NCBI GenBank assembly: GCA_973895155.1
Contig: OZ316897.1
Coordinates: 6,399,327 to 6,463,326, forward strand
Length of the DNA: 64,000 nucleotides
Reading direction: 5' to 3'
From: Marsupella aquatica
Lineage: Eukaryota; Plantae; Marchantiophyta
Shown: positions 14,176 to 27,600 of the stretch, in pieces
Layout of the letters: every line of letters begins with the position of its first letter
Numbering within the stretch: the stretch's first letter is position 1
Notes under the pieces: model-generated
What the model saw: only the letters and a program-made list of their open reading frames with translations
Told to the model about the DNA's origin: nothing
Database searches by the model: none
Position numbers and translations under genes: made by a program

Positions 14176-15499
14176 AGTACTAATATGATGAGCGTGGTCG
14201 GATCTGATACCGTACAGTGACAAGTGAAATAGATAAGGCTTAATGTATGATTGGATCGTTCACACTTTATTTAAAGGAAGACGGGAAGGAACCAAATGTG
14301 ACATTTCCATTCATATCGGAATGAACTGTCCATGCCATTCTGAATTGTCATGCCCCAGCATTCCGACGCAGTTTAAAGCATTATCGTGATAACCAGAATC
14401 TGCGCTCTTGGTACAAAAATACAATTTGAAGACACTCACTTGTACACTGTTCTGCGTCCAGCGAGGCCGTGGCAAGCATAGTTACAGCTCTACAAACAAA
14501 AATACTGGTGCAAGCACAGTCACAAAAACACTAAAAGTAAAATGTCCAAGCGCAATCACCACTCAAAAATCAGCTCAAGTAAGTCACGGCTCTACTATAA
14601 ACAAACATAACTCTGATAACGAGAGAAAGCATAAATCGACCAGATCAATTCCGACTGAATGGCAAATCACAAGTGCTACGCTCCTTTCATGTACAAAGGA
14701 ATCCAAGAACCCAGGGTTCATGGATCCGAACGTGGAAGACTACGGGTTCCTGCTTGATTAGTCCCGTCTTCCTCACTATCTGCTCAGATAAATCTCCAGT
14801 CTTCATTGTTGTCTTATTCATAATCACAACTGAGCTTATCTTATCCAGAGGCTAAACGAGCCGGATGATAACAAAATAACAGTCCCAGACTTATGACTAG
14901 ACATCGGAAACATCTGCTCTCTTAAAGAGCATCCCACAGGACCATTCGTCTGATTTGACGGCCAATCCTTCTCATTTGTACTCCTCCGGACTAATCCTGT
15001 TAATGTAATTTAATTCTGAACCCAATATAGCACCTGCATAACAACGACCATGTGATAGACTTTGAAGTCTACTAAAATAGAACCTTTACTAGCTCGAATT
15101 GTAACCCTAAACCTCAACAACACCGGCATCTAATTTCAGAACTAAGACTTGAATCAGTTGCTTTAAGTTAACACACTTGGGACGACAGTAGGTTACTAGC
15201 CTTCCGAACTTTGGGCAAGGAGGTTTCACAGAGATTACAAACCTCTCTCACTTTCTGGCTTGAACCAGTCTCTTGTGGCTTTGAAAGCCGTGCATGATAC
15301 ATTGACAAAGAGGAGGAGATTTCCGCTGCTTGCTTCTGCACAGTGCATTGCTCCCGAAAATACAATTCCGTTGCAGGCAGCCTTCAAAAGCCTCAGTCCT
15401 TGAATTTTCTCGAAGCCTCGAGCACACAGTTAGTGTGTGGGAAGCAAACAGATTTCCAAAACAAAGTCAACCACAAATAAGAGGCATTCGAACAGTAAA

Positions 15500-17018
15500 T
15501 TATCCTGCACCACCTCCATTTGGCCTTTTGAAGTATGCACCTCGCCCAGAATCTGGGTGGTGGTAACCCTTATGTCTGGTATCAATTGCACCCTGCCCAG
15601 CGCTTGAGACGTTTACATTATTGCTTTGCTCCTGCTTCGTAACTTCCCATCCTTTACAGCTACGTACAACGAGTTGCCCCATCTTTGCGACCCCGAACCC
15701 CTTTCAGCATGGCTGGAGCTGACCGCAGGTACGTTGTTGCGTTCTCTTCCTGATCTACTCCCACCTAGGACTTCCTTGCAGCCAAGATCGCTGATCGGGA
15801 CCAACACCAGACCTCGAACTTGAACTACCATAGCTCCTTGATGCTGGTAAATCAAGTTGTAAGGTATTATCAAAAGATAGTAAGCACGCCGTTGCGTGAA
15901 CAGCTGCAAGCACAGGTGGCAGCGTCTTTTGCGGATACTTGACCTGGCATACAAAAAGTGTTTTAAAAAAACCTTGCTCATGCTATATTAAAGAGAGCCA
16001 TCACAAAAGGACTTGGTCTAAATAATAGATACCTGTTAATTGATGTTCTTTTCAACTAACCAAATATTCAAACATCAATGAAGCATAAGAAGAATATCTT
16101 CGCGCACGAAGACAAGGTGGCACTAAATCTCTTGTGCAGTAGATAAATGCCATGCTCGACGACAATGGCCAAACCCCACCTTGAAAGCAAGAGCTGCAGC
16201 AATTCTCTCCCTTAAGCAATAAAACTGAGCAGCTTCAACCGCAGTTGCAGTAAAACGTAACCAGCGATCCACAACAACAGTGACATTCTTATCCGGTGAA
16301 GCCATACATGCCATCTGCCTCTCCGCTGCAGTCTTGACAGGCCGTTGCTTTGGGATGTCTTCATCCTCACTATCGTCAAACATGTCATCTTACTCCTCTT
16401 CATATTCCACTATTGGATCAGGAGGTAAAACCACCATCTCTGTAGAAATGAGTATTAACGGGTGCGGTTTAACTAAAGTACAATTCTTAATATAGACCTG
16501 AGCTTCTCCTCGAGTTATTTCATCGAAGACGAGCAGTAGATCATCTGTGGAGGCTTTCTTCTGAGGAATGCTACTCACAAGTTTGAAGTTCTCAGAATGT
16601 GGATGAATTCGAACTTTCTCTCCACGAGCGGTTTTTACTACTGCTTTCTGCCCATTCGGTAAGGGAGGTAAGAGAATCCCAACCATCGGATACATTCCTG
16701 CTACCAGTACAGCACGAACAATACCTGGATCCTTTGAATTGAGACTGCATGAATGAGATCCCTTCGGTATGAACCCTTTTTGAGCAAGCTCATTTTGAAG
16801 TTGTCTTCGCATACCAGCAAGCATGTGCATGGTGCCACCTGAAATGAAATACTGAGAACAGAAACGACCATCCTGACCCCTAGCTTTAGCTGCCTCCCAT
16901 CCATCAAAAGCTGCAATTACTGCCAGGTGATCACTGGAACCACCATAAGAATCGGCAAGTTCCTAGTGTTTGGCTAGATGAGCACGTTTAGTCTGATCAG
17001 GAGCCATTGGTAGAACAT
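15500..17018 (-). pseudogene. 3' fragment (HA2/OB-fold region) of a DExH-box RNA helicase, DExH6/HVT1/NIH (YTHDC2-like) type; 5' truncated, with nonsense codons
   Basis: Reads VLPMAPDQTKRAHLAKH*ELADSYGGSSDHLAVIAAFDGW...RAVLVAGMYP...KVRIHPHS...LLVFDEITRG...EYEEE*DDM...DRWLRF...LRERIAAALAFK, then an intron (~16159-15944), then VKYPQKTLPPVLAAVHATACLLSFD. In-frame stops near 16963 and 16390; no helicase core upstream. Confidence 0.8.
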
Positions 17019-17039
17019 ATGCTATGGATCCTTATGAGT

Positions 17040-18373
17040 TTCTTCACTCATGGTGTCTCATCGGTGTGTCTCGCATGTGATGGAGTGTGTGCCTCATGTT
17101 CCACATTTGTTGTCTAGTTTGAGCTATGGACTGTCTCTCTCATGTTCCATATTTGTTGTCTAGTTTGAGCTCTAGTTTGAGCTATGGACTGTCTCTCTCA
17201 TGTTCCACATTTGTTGTCTAGTTTGAGCTGACACTTTCTTACATGTTCATGGTATAGAGTGTGAAGGACCCATACAAAACATTGAGGATTGGACTTCTCA
17301 TAAATAATACACAATGATTTTCATCGTGGTAGACCAAAATTTTATTTGGAACCACAAAAAGTCATTCAAGTACATGTTTTGGTGAGCTGAAGAATAGGCT
17401 TCACATCAAACTCTACAATGAAAATAAAACATTGAAATACTCTAAACCTACCATGTACAAAAGGCAAAATAAACTGTACTCAAAATCTGCTATACCACTT
17501 GAAGATGCACCATCAACTATAAGGGGAGATGTAGGATCAGCACCAAACCAAAGATTGTTCTCCATGAGGTCCACAACTGTTGGGACAAAAGTCTGTTAGA
17601 AATTGACTTTAGTTCTTGGCTTAGTTAGTTTGGCCTTACTAGGGTTAGTTAACCCTGGATTACATTAGGATAAGATCCGTTTAGGTTAGGTCCACACATC
17701 TTGGCCCCCCGGGGTTATAGGTTGAAAGGAGAGCATTCGCTCCTTCATTCTTCACATGTACTTTTTCATGAGCTATGGCTCCTTCAGGAGTTTCTCCATT
17801 TGTGGTGTCTTGTTGATGTAATGTGAGATTGAGTGCGTTCATGTTCTGCATTGTTGTCTAGTCCGGAGCCGACTGTTTCTTACAAAGTCCTGGCTTTTGT
17901 GGGTCACACTGGCTCTGGAATTGGAGAGATTCTACCCTTCAACTTGGCCATCTCATTTTGCCTCCATGGTTTCAAGAAATTCCTTGTCTCACTATCAAGA
18001 TGCTCAATGAACAAGGTCATCATGTTCATGAATGTTTGAGTGTCCAAACCTCTCAAGCGCTCTAATCCTATTTGAGCCACTACTTGCTGAGCTTGGTCTG
18101 AAACCTTGAATGCATCTTCTTGGGCACTCCCTTTCTTTGCCATATACTTGACAATTTAGTTCCAATGGGCCTCTTGTTACTACCATTCCATAGAATTGAT
18201 ATTGTTTCTTTAGAATCTCAATTTCTGATTTGGCGTCTACCCATCTAGAAGGACAATTGTTCTCCTTATCCGCATCAATACGTTGTTTACTATTGAGAAT
18301 TTACAAATGTGGAACATGAGGCAGACACTCCATCACATGCGAGACACACCGATGAGACACCATGAGTGAAGAA
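17040..18373. mobile_element. Insertion bounded by 71-bp inverted repeats (foldback or non-autonomous element)
   Basis: 17040-17110 is the reverse complement of 18303-18373 with 1 mismatch. Internal short tandem duplication at 17113-17230. No clear target-site duplication. Confidence 0.6.
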
Positions 18374-18644
18374 GTTCCACTTATAAAGCGTCAACTACAA
18401 GCTAGAGTTGGGGCCTAGGCTTCTAGAGTGAAGTTTCTAGGCCGTAACTCCATGGCTCATCATGTGGATGGGAAAACTCATGACCATGTGTATGTCAAGC
18501 ATATATGATTTTTGTTATTATTTCTATTTACATTAATTTATGGCCACCATAACATATGTGCTAGAAAGAAGGATGTGCATAGAAAAGAATATGGTATGTT
18601 ACATATGATTATTACATGATTAAATGTTCCATTGTCAATGTGCT

Positions 18645-19020
18645 TCTGGTGAGCGTTTTTCTTGGCTATCCTCTTATGATGTGCACTTCCTCTTTCTCTC
18701 TTCTCTGGCCCTTGGTCTCGTCTGATGTTTTTGTACTGCTCCGATTGAGAGGGTGCGTTCCGTCATCATTGCGCTTTTGGTGAGCGTTTCTCTTTGCTAT
18801 CCTCTACTCAATTGAAAGATACTTCCTCTGCTGATGTGCACTTCCTCTCTCTATTCTCCTTTCTCTTCAGTATCCTCTACTCAATTGAAAGGTAATTCCT
18901 ATGCTGATGTGCATTTCCTCTCTCTAATCTTTTGGCCTTTGGTCTCGTGTCATGTCCGTGACTACTCCAATTAAGAGGGTGCATTCTGGTGAGCGTTTCT
19001 CTTCGCTATCGTCTGCTCGC
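18645..19020. repeat. Degenerate pyrimidine-rich tandem repeat
   Basis: TGGTGAGCGTTT(C/T)TCTT..CTATC and GATGTGCA(C/T)TTCCTCT each recur about 3 times. Confidence 0.6.
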
Positions 19021-20510
19021 TGCGTAAATTGGTAGTGTAGATTAGGAATATTTCATTGAGAGCGCACTTGTGTATAGTTATTCTCAATGGTGAATTAGGC
19101 CGGGCCTACTACTAAATGCAGAGTTGGTTACTCACGGTACCTTAAATGGTTTATGAAATAAAATTACAATATGTTTTTTTTTTGTTTTTAACATTCTCTT
19201 TCGTAAATTACAATATGTTTTACGACATGGCATCCTAAATGTTACCAAAAACTTGCAACAAACACAAAAGGATGAGTTTTTTTAATTTGAAAACCAATCC
19301 ATTTTTATTTGCAGTTCACCATGATGACATGGCATGCTGTGGAGTCTCTAATTTTAGAAGGGACCTCTAATGGGGACCATAAAGAACAGGTAGTTGGGGC
19401 TAGTAAATCTTGTTTGTAACATTGTGTGGCAATGTGAATGGATATTTAGAAAAAGAGTCAAAATGGCAGTCCGGAAAAGTACATGGGCTGCTACCCGCAA
19501 ACATATGGGAATTGGGGCGGGATTGGAGTGACCGGTGCAACCTCACTTTTTCACTTGGGGCCGGGAAGTTGCATGATCCAGGGCACCGTTGATCCAGGCC
19601 ACCGTTGCGGATGCTCGCGGATGCTCTAAGGTGGTCCCTAGTTTGCCCAGCTCGGCAAGTCCTCCATTTGCCAACTTTACATAGTTTTTGCCAACTTTGC
19701 ATGGTTGCAAACTAAGGAGGCAAATGAATGCTGGCATCCATTGTAAGATCCCTTAGGAAAGTCAGTGCGTGGCCCAGCGGTGGACTACTTCGCGTGACTG
19801 TGATCTCAAGCCCCAATTATTGACTGTGATCTCAATTCCAAGCAATCCCTAACAAGGACCTGCCGATTCGTGGACCAAATTGACGTCGTATTCGCGATTG
19901 TAGATCTTCTCGATGGAGCGTCACTGGGCAGTGGTGTGTTCAGCAAAGTTTAGCCACTGGCCTACCCACCAACAGATTGAATCGCAGCACTGAAGACGAT
20001 GTTGATGACCAGGGGTTCGAGATCAAGGTTCAGAGCGTTTCTTCCAGGGCGACCACTGTCCCGGATGTCTCTCGGGTTATCCTTTTTGAGGCATCCATGG
20101 AATAATACGAAGTTCGTTTTAGGTGTGGAACTGAGTTGTTAAGTCGTGGAGATTTATTGAACCAGGCAACTTTGTGAAGTAGGAGGGAAAATCGATCTCG
20201 TGAAGGCACTGCAGATATCTCATCGAACGGGAGGGATGGCCAATGAAGAAGCTGATTCTGCAGTTCTGTGGCGCTTTGAAAGGTGGTCCTTCGTTTTGAT
20301 CGCACGCGGGTTACTGTAGGCAACATTTTGAGAAGCTGACGAGTCTGCCGGATTTTGTTTCATTCTGAATTGTTGAAATTTTCGCCACATATTTCGTTCT
20401 TGGATGAGACCCTTGACATTATTGGCGTCTTGAGGCCGAAGAGTTCAGGGAGCCAAAGGATTTTAAAAGGGTGGTAGAGAAGCGTACATTCGCATAAGAT
20501 CGTTGTAATC

Positions 20511-22673
20511 ATGGAAAAGGTTATTGGATTGCTTAAGCCGAAACCGACACCTCAAGAGCAATTGAGGGAATGGCAGAGAAAGTTGAGACAGGAGACTCGC
20601 ATTATTGATCGGCAGATTCGTGGTTTGTGCTACCTCCTGCCCACAATACAAGCACAATTAGTACACTTAAACTTTTGTGCTATAATTCTGTATTCTCAGT
20701 CACGATCCCTCATCCACTGTAGTCCGCACTTACTCTCTTTCCACTTGTCGATTGATTATGTGACTGTCAATTCCGTTGTTGAAATCTGTTACATATACCA
20801 ACTGTGATTATTCCTGGTCCATTTAAATTACTGTGCTTAGTTGTATCTTGTCATTATGCAGTAGATGGTGATAGTTCTTTTATGAGTATCGGATTTCAGT
20901 CACTGTGCAGTTAGCGGTACCGTCAATCAGTAACATCGGTCCTCGTCTACTATTCTGCGAGGATCAGTCTGTTGAAGTTACTCGCCCCTAGTATCGTAGT
21001 TTAATATTGCATGGATGGGTCATGCGCAATTCCAGGAACCGATGTTCTGGTTGCCGAACAGGCTCACATGATTTATGACAAGTTAGCTGAATCCAGCTTT
21101 TGTATAAGAATCCCACACGTAGAGGACAAAAACTTTGGTCAAACTTTGATCGTTCACCTACTTTTATCCGATTACTAACGCCAGCATGAAGAAGAAGAAA
21201 AAGTCGATGAGGAAAAACTGAAGGGTAAGGTTGTTTTATCAGACATCCAAAGAGAGGAGAAAGGTGTACAAAAGTCTATCAAGGAGGCAGCAAAACGGAA
21301 CGATATGGGCTCTGCACGTGTGAGTTTGTTTTGGACTTATATTTCAACCTTTTTATCCACAGACTTATTTGGCGCTATCTATATGTTTAGGCGTTCAATT
21401 CATATCGGTTTTTTAGTTCATAGTTGAGTCACGGAGATGAAATGTTTGTCAGACTGAAGATCATAGTCAGATGATGTGTCTGCAATCCCACATGAAGACC
21501 GATTTTTTCCAGACCTTTTGGCAAACACTGTTTGTTTGCTCTGCTTTCTATAATTCGAATTGTTTAAGGTTTGAGCACACCTACCGCAACTTATTCGGGT
21601 CAGCAGACAAAAACGGGGGCGTCAGTTTGATCAAGTCTGATTTTCTGGGTCCGATTTAAAGTAATGGCTCCATTAACGAGTACCTGCTGGCAATTTGTTG
21701 TGTAGTCACTGGCAAGGGAGCTAGTGAATGCAAGGAAGGTTGTGAATCGACTTTATGAGAACAAAGCTCAGTTGAATTCAATCTCCATGCACCTGGGCGA
21801 AAGCGTTGGTATGTTGAGCTTCTTTGAGATGATTGTGGTGTGCTTGTTGATTGCCTGGTGACATGACCTAGCTTAGTCTCCTTGCAGTCTCTCGATGTTG
21901 ACTGTGAGGAATTCGTCCTTGTAATTTCGATTTTGCAGCCACAGTGAAGGCAGTGGGTCACATACAGAAGAGTACGGAGGTCATGACGCTGGTGAATGGG
22001 CTGTTGAAAGCACCGGAAGTGGCAGCAACGATGCAAGAACTCTCCAAGGAGATGATGAAGGTTTGGGTTGTTTATAGCATTTTCTGTACGAAACTGATCT
22101 GTGTGAAGACGATTTCCGTTTAGATGGAAGGAAATCTCCCTTTTGGCTTTGGATTCCAATTACAATTGTATGTGACGGAAGCAAGGTGGTAGAAGTAAAA
22201 TCTTAACGGGTTGTGATTCTGCTTTGTAGTCTGGAGTAGTGGAAGAAATGGTATCTGACTCGCTGGAGGCAGCTCTTGATTCTGAGGATATTGAGGAAGA
22301 GATAGAAGGGGAAGTGGATAAGGTTTTATCTGAGGTTGCGGGAGAGACTATTGCTCAGTTACCAGAAACTGCAGCGAGAAAAGAGAAGGAGAAAGTAGAG
22401 CAGCCAGGCATTAAAGAGGAACCTCAAGAAGAGGTACGTTACAGCATTGTCCCATTACATCATACATCATACGAGCTGGTCATTTCTGCACTACACGTAG
22501 GGCAGGTCTCCTTTTCAAATCGCTGTGGTAGTAACCCAATCGCCTTTTGGGGGTATTTTGTGGATGTGCTTGTTTATTGGGTGGGGTCACAGAAAGAGGC
22601 ATTGGCAGAAGGAGCTGATGATGACGCAGAACTTGAGGCTTTACGAGCTCGTTTAGCCAGTGTTCGATCTTAA
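20511..22673 (+). CDS. VPS24: Vacuolar protein sorting 24 / CHMP3 (ESCRT-III, Snf7 family), 232 aa
   Basis: Exons 20511-20622, 21243-21319, 21706-21808, 21939-22060, 22230-22433, 22593-22673, all GT-AG and frame-consistent. Sequence includes KPKPTPQEQLREWQRKLRQE, RLYENKAQLNSISMHLGE, MQELSKEMMK and a C-terminal ALRARLASVRS. Confidence 0.95.
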
Positions 22674-23567
22674 TGGAGGAAGGACCAATTAAGTAAGACA
22701 ATTTTGGAGTGCTCATAACGAATGATACACACCATGTGCATATAATATAGGTACCAGAGATCCTTTTCTATAGGCTGTTAGAGGATGTTTGTTTGCTAGG
22801 ATGCGAGAGCTCGCAACGTTAAATCACCCCGAGTTAAGGTCTATATGGGTTGTAAACCCTAAACCTAAATCAGACCTCGTGCCAGACTGGCCAGGGCAAC
22901 TCATATTGCCCAAGAGAATTCTGCAGTTAGTGAAACCTTTTGATTGTCCCGTCAGTACTATCTATATTGTACAACAGGCTAGGTTTTTCGTAGAAGTAAG
23001 AGTGACAGATGTTGTAAGATCCATTGGGCAGAAAAGAAGACAGTTTTCAGAAATGCAACAGAAGTCACCAATGACCAAGCGGACATTGGTATACAAACAT
23101 TCCGAAGTTTGAAGAATCCTACTGTGAGGATAGATTGGCAGTTTACTGGACCCGAAGTCTGGGATTCAAAAGTATTCAGACCTCCTCGCCCACACCTCAC
23201 CCTCACTAATTATCTCAGTAAAAAGAAACTTTTTTGAGCAAAAATTGATTGGTCGCGTATTATCGGAAAATATATATATAAATAATTGATGTTTTGCCAC
23301 TCGTAATCAAGATATTGGAGCTTCTCCGGCTAATAGATTAACAAGCGTAAAAACAGAAACAATTTCTGTAAGATCTGCTTCAACTTGTAAAAGTATGCTT
23401 TGGGTCTGTCAATTGTGTTATGGATGGAGTCCTACGAATGGCAATTTGGTAGAAATAGGTGAAGCTGAAATTATATGTTTCTCTCACTCCCTCACCTTCT
23501 CTGAAGTTCTTTGGTACAATTAACCAACTTTGTTTTCCCTGATGGGACGATTGTATCCCTTGTTAAG

Positions 23568-23795
23568 AATTTTTTATTGTTGTCCACGCTCTGACTTTGT
23601 CTCGTGAATGCTCACAAAACAGACCAAGGTGGTCCCATGCCTGATGCACAGGAAGAAAACGCAACCATGTACAGGAGCACATTCGTAATTTTTATTGTTG
23701 TCCACGCTTTGATTTTGTCTCGCAAATGCTGTCACCAACAGACCAAGGTGGTCCCAGCCCTGATGCTCGGGAAGAAAATGCAACCATATACAGGA
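23568..23795. repeat. Tandem duplication, ~118 bp x2
   Basis: TTTTTATTGTTGTCCACGCT...CAGACCAAGGTGGTCCCA...GCAACCAT.TACAGGA occurs twice. Confidence 0.8.
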
Positions 23796-24131
23796 ACCAG
23801 AACTGTACTCTGTGTTTCATGTACGATACCTCAGTTTCGAGACGGGTTTTGAGGTGCACTTAATCTTCACATTCTGCCCCCAACGAGAGTTGACCTGTAG
23901 AGTGAGCGACACGTAAAGTTACCATGGACACGTGGATCATCTCAGACTCTCTGCAATCACGCTTGCACGGAAAATTGCAATGATCGTAAACTCTGTAAAT
24001 TGACCTGATTGATTTTGGCCTTAGATATTTTGAATTACTAGTTATAACGTGTTTTTTTTAACCAAAGGGGATAGTTATAATAAAAATAAATTTAAAGAAG
24101 AAGAGACAAGCAACCATTGACTATATACTGG

Positions 24132-24698
24132 ATAGCATGTTCATCTCCGTTTTTTTGGTCTTCTATTGATATATAATTAATTTATTTTATTTTATGATAA
24201 AAGAAATAGGACATATAATATATATGCCAAGAAATTAATATCTGTTTATGAAGAGTGAATGACATAACACACACCATAAGTACATATGCAAAGAAAAGTA
24301 CATTATCACAAAAAAGTACAAAGGTACTAAAGAGTTGTGCACAGACAATACAAATTTTCACTTGCTTCTAGTAATAACATTCAACTCAATTAAAACCATA
24401 AATTTTGTAAAGGAAACCCCGAGAAGAACTCAGTACACCATATGTGCATATTGTTCAAATTCTTTTCTCTCACTCTCATGAGAAAAAAATAAATTCATTT
24501 CGTGATACGAAATGAAAGATTAGACACTTGTGAGGGGAGCCAAATACGTTCAAAATACTGTAAGTTCACTAGAATTAAAAGGGGTCCAAAAGTTTATTCA
24601 AAATAAACTTAATACAAATGATTCACCTTGTTAAGGCACATGAAAATGAAAATACAAGACAAAATTCAAAAGGTGGATTCACCATGTAGCAACTTCAC
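24132..24698 (+). mobile_element. AT-rich dispersed non-autonomous element, copy 1 (other copies ~33402-33922 and ~43936-44448)
   Basis: Starts TAGCATGTTCAT and ends GATTCACCAT(G/A)TAGCA(A/G)CTTC. Shares long blocks with the 43.9 kb copy (AAGAGTTGTGCACA, AAAACCATAAATTTTGTAAAGGA, GAGGGGAGCCAAATAC.TTCAAAATACTGTAAGTTCACTA). Confidence 0.7.
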
Positions 24699-27600
24699 AA
24701 TTGACTACAACTTTTTGATTGGAATTTTCACATCTACTAAAGTGGCAGAACCTCTGCAATTTCAAGTGTTTCACTAAATTATGGAGCATAGGCTCAAATT
24801 GTCAACAATGTGGTAGGTCTTACATTCATTGAGACCCTTATGTGCTCCATTAGGAGCCAAACCTCTGTTGTGTTAAACTTCAATACCATCTATGTCCCAC
24901 CCTCGGTGGATCTTATGAGTGTCAGCCCTGCCTTTAAGATGTATGCAACCAAGATGTTGTGCAGGGTGAGAAAGACTGTTTACTCAACCACACAGATGGC
25001 TGCCATCAAACACATCAACATCGGAAGTTGCATCCTCTACAACGTGGGACGGAGACTTGGGAATTATGTGATTTTGAAGTCCTCAAGATGGCTTGACAGC
25101 TCATTGCGGACACATATAAGAACATGTCTGGCCAGTGCCCACTTTGTTTGAGATGCAAACACCCCCCACAAGGTTGCCCGGGGTCCTCACTTCTTTTCTT
25201 ATGATTAATTGCACGCAAAGAAGTTAGGTTTTTTAATTCAGTTGCGCAGAAGACTTTAAAATTCTAGTTGAAGAAATATAGGGGTGTTTTAATCCAAGTT
25301 TGAGAATTATAAGAACTATATGTGTTTTTTAATTACAAAATGTGAGAACATTTCTACAATATTCCATAAATTTAGGGGTTAAAAACTAGTAAAATTTTAC
25401 TTTATTTTCACTTCACGCATTATATGGGACCTCCTTTGGAATGAGGCCCCTGAGGAAGGTCAAGAAAGCGAAGAGGTAACCCGTTGTAGTCAGGATACTC
25501 CATAATGAATAACCCATAAATTGTCGAAACTAAAATTTTCTGGTGTAATTGGTGTTCCTCAAGGTTTTGGGATTTGCATTTGCCCTATTTTGAGTTTTGT
25601 GTTTGTCCTCTTTGAACCAGTTGCTTCTACCCCGTTCAGTTGAGCGTAGGTGGAGGGGTCAGGCAGAGCAAAGTGCAAGCATAATGTAGTAGTGTCAAGA
25701 ACACGAGGCGGACAGGTGCGGGAGCACAGAGGCAGGCGATGAGTGCAGGCATACACAAGCGTAGCACAGTGGTGTCAAAGGTGTCAGGTAGATGGGCAAG
25801 GCAAGCAAGGTGGCCGTGTGATGAGCTTGGCCTGCTGGGTGTGCGCAGGCTGTTGGGCAAGGGTGAGGCAAGGGCACACATGCAGGTGCATGAAAGCAGT
25901 GGGACTCTGGGCTGGGGCCCACTAGTGGCACTCTTCTGAAGGAAAGCCATGCATGCAGCCACCTCCTTCACCTCCCCACCCCAACTTTCCTGGTATTGGC
26001 AGAGTAAAATTTGTGACTTGCAGGGAGTTTCCCCTCCTTTTCTCTTCTCGCCTCTTTGGTGTCCATGAAGGGGTACAATGAAGTCTCGTGTAATGGATTG
26101 TGCTTTCAGCCTTTTTTACTGTTTCTTAGGACCTTTAATGGTAACAAAATGGCAATGTCGAATATGAATGGTTCCATAAGTATATGTACTGCATTCTGAT
26201 TTCGAGAACCAAGTGTAGAGTTGACTCTTTCTGGATATTGTAGTCGGCAAGACTTTGGCCATCTTCAACTTTTCCAGCAAATATGAAATGGTGTTGCTTA
26301 GGAGGAAATCATTCTATATCCTTAATTTTGGTATTTCACCTGTTGACTATTCAAGTGGCCTGACCAAAGTGTGTTATTTGCATTGCATTGCTAGATCTAT
26401 GTACTTTTGGTTCCCCATGATTGATGCTGAAGAGTATCCAAACATGGTTTATCTATATGTTCGTCAGAAACATGATTTTTTTATCTATTTTTAATTCTAA
26501 ATTTTAAAGGGAAAATCTGTGAAACCCCACAGAAAGGGAAGAGTTAGTTACAACATTTGAACCCAAGACTTATCAATCTCCACTCAAGTGAGGTACCACA
26601 CAGCCATGCCTCTCTAGGCAAGAACATGGTTTTATCAACAAGTTGTAGGCAATTCACTCTTGATATCTAGTATGGATGAGGGTTTCATGCTATGTGTATA
26701 CTGTTGCTTCACCTGGAACCGAGGAAATGACACAATGAGTGGGAACTGATAATTTTAGGTTTGTTGTTGTTGGTGAGGCGACTGTATTTCATACTAACCT
26801 TGTTGATCAAAGGATGTGATAACAAAAGCAACACTTATGATGAGGACCCACAATGCTGAACATGTGTGGCTAGCAGCTAGGGTAAGGAGGTCATGCCTTG
26901 AATAGGTCAGACGTGGGATCCTTCCCACCAAGTCTGAATGGTACTTTGAGTTCCCTGTTGTTGCCAAGAATAACCACAGTCAGAGCAATTGTAGTAGGGG
27001 GTCATTTTTTTGTGTGGGCTCAACAAACCAAAAGTATGTTTGCTTTGCATCCTTTTGTGACAATTGCAGTTCATTGCAACAACAAATGCCTTTCTAGCTT
27101 CTATGCTAAATTGTACTGTTTATACAGTCTGCTAAATGGTTCTGTGTGTCTCATGTGTAGGCATGGCATGCCCTAAAATTTGAGCCAAGAAGCATGGGAC
27201 AGAGGTAAGCAACACAAGTGTAGTTGAGCCAGATGCTAGTAACTTCTCCACGAGTCAAATTTTCTGAAAGACAGTTCATTGTTGTACCATTTTGTGACGA
27301 TGGTGGGGGCCTAAACTCCTGTCAGATCTCTTACTTTGGGAACTCATGACTAACCTAACTAGGTCTGCGACTAAGATTAGCCCTAACTACAATGGCAATC
27401 ATAACTCTAGACCTAAGAGAAAATGCCTAACATCAAGCCTCCCAGGTGACTATCAATGGTAACATTTGTTTTAAGGTTGGGATAAATGTACATTCATTAT
27501 GTTTTGTGAGTAAAAACTCAACTTTGGAAAGAACCATGTTTTTGACAAAATTTGGCAGTTTGGTGGCCCAAAACACTGCTACAATAGTCTTTGATGCTGA

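Noticed and set aside
26549-26618. Second tRNA-derived SINE head on the minus strand
   Set aside because: Only weak A-box and B-box (GGTTCAAAT) similarity and no cloverleaf.
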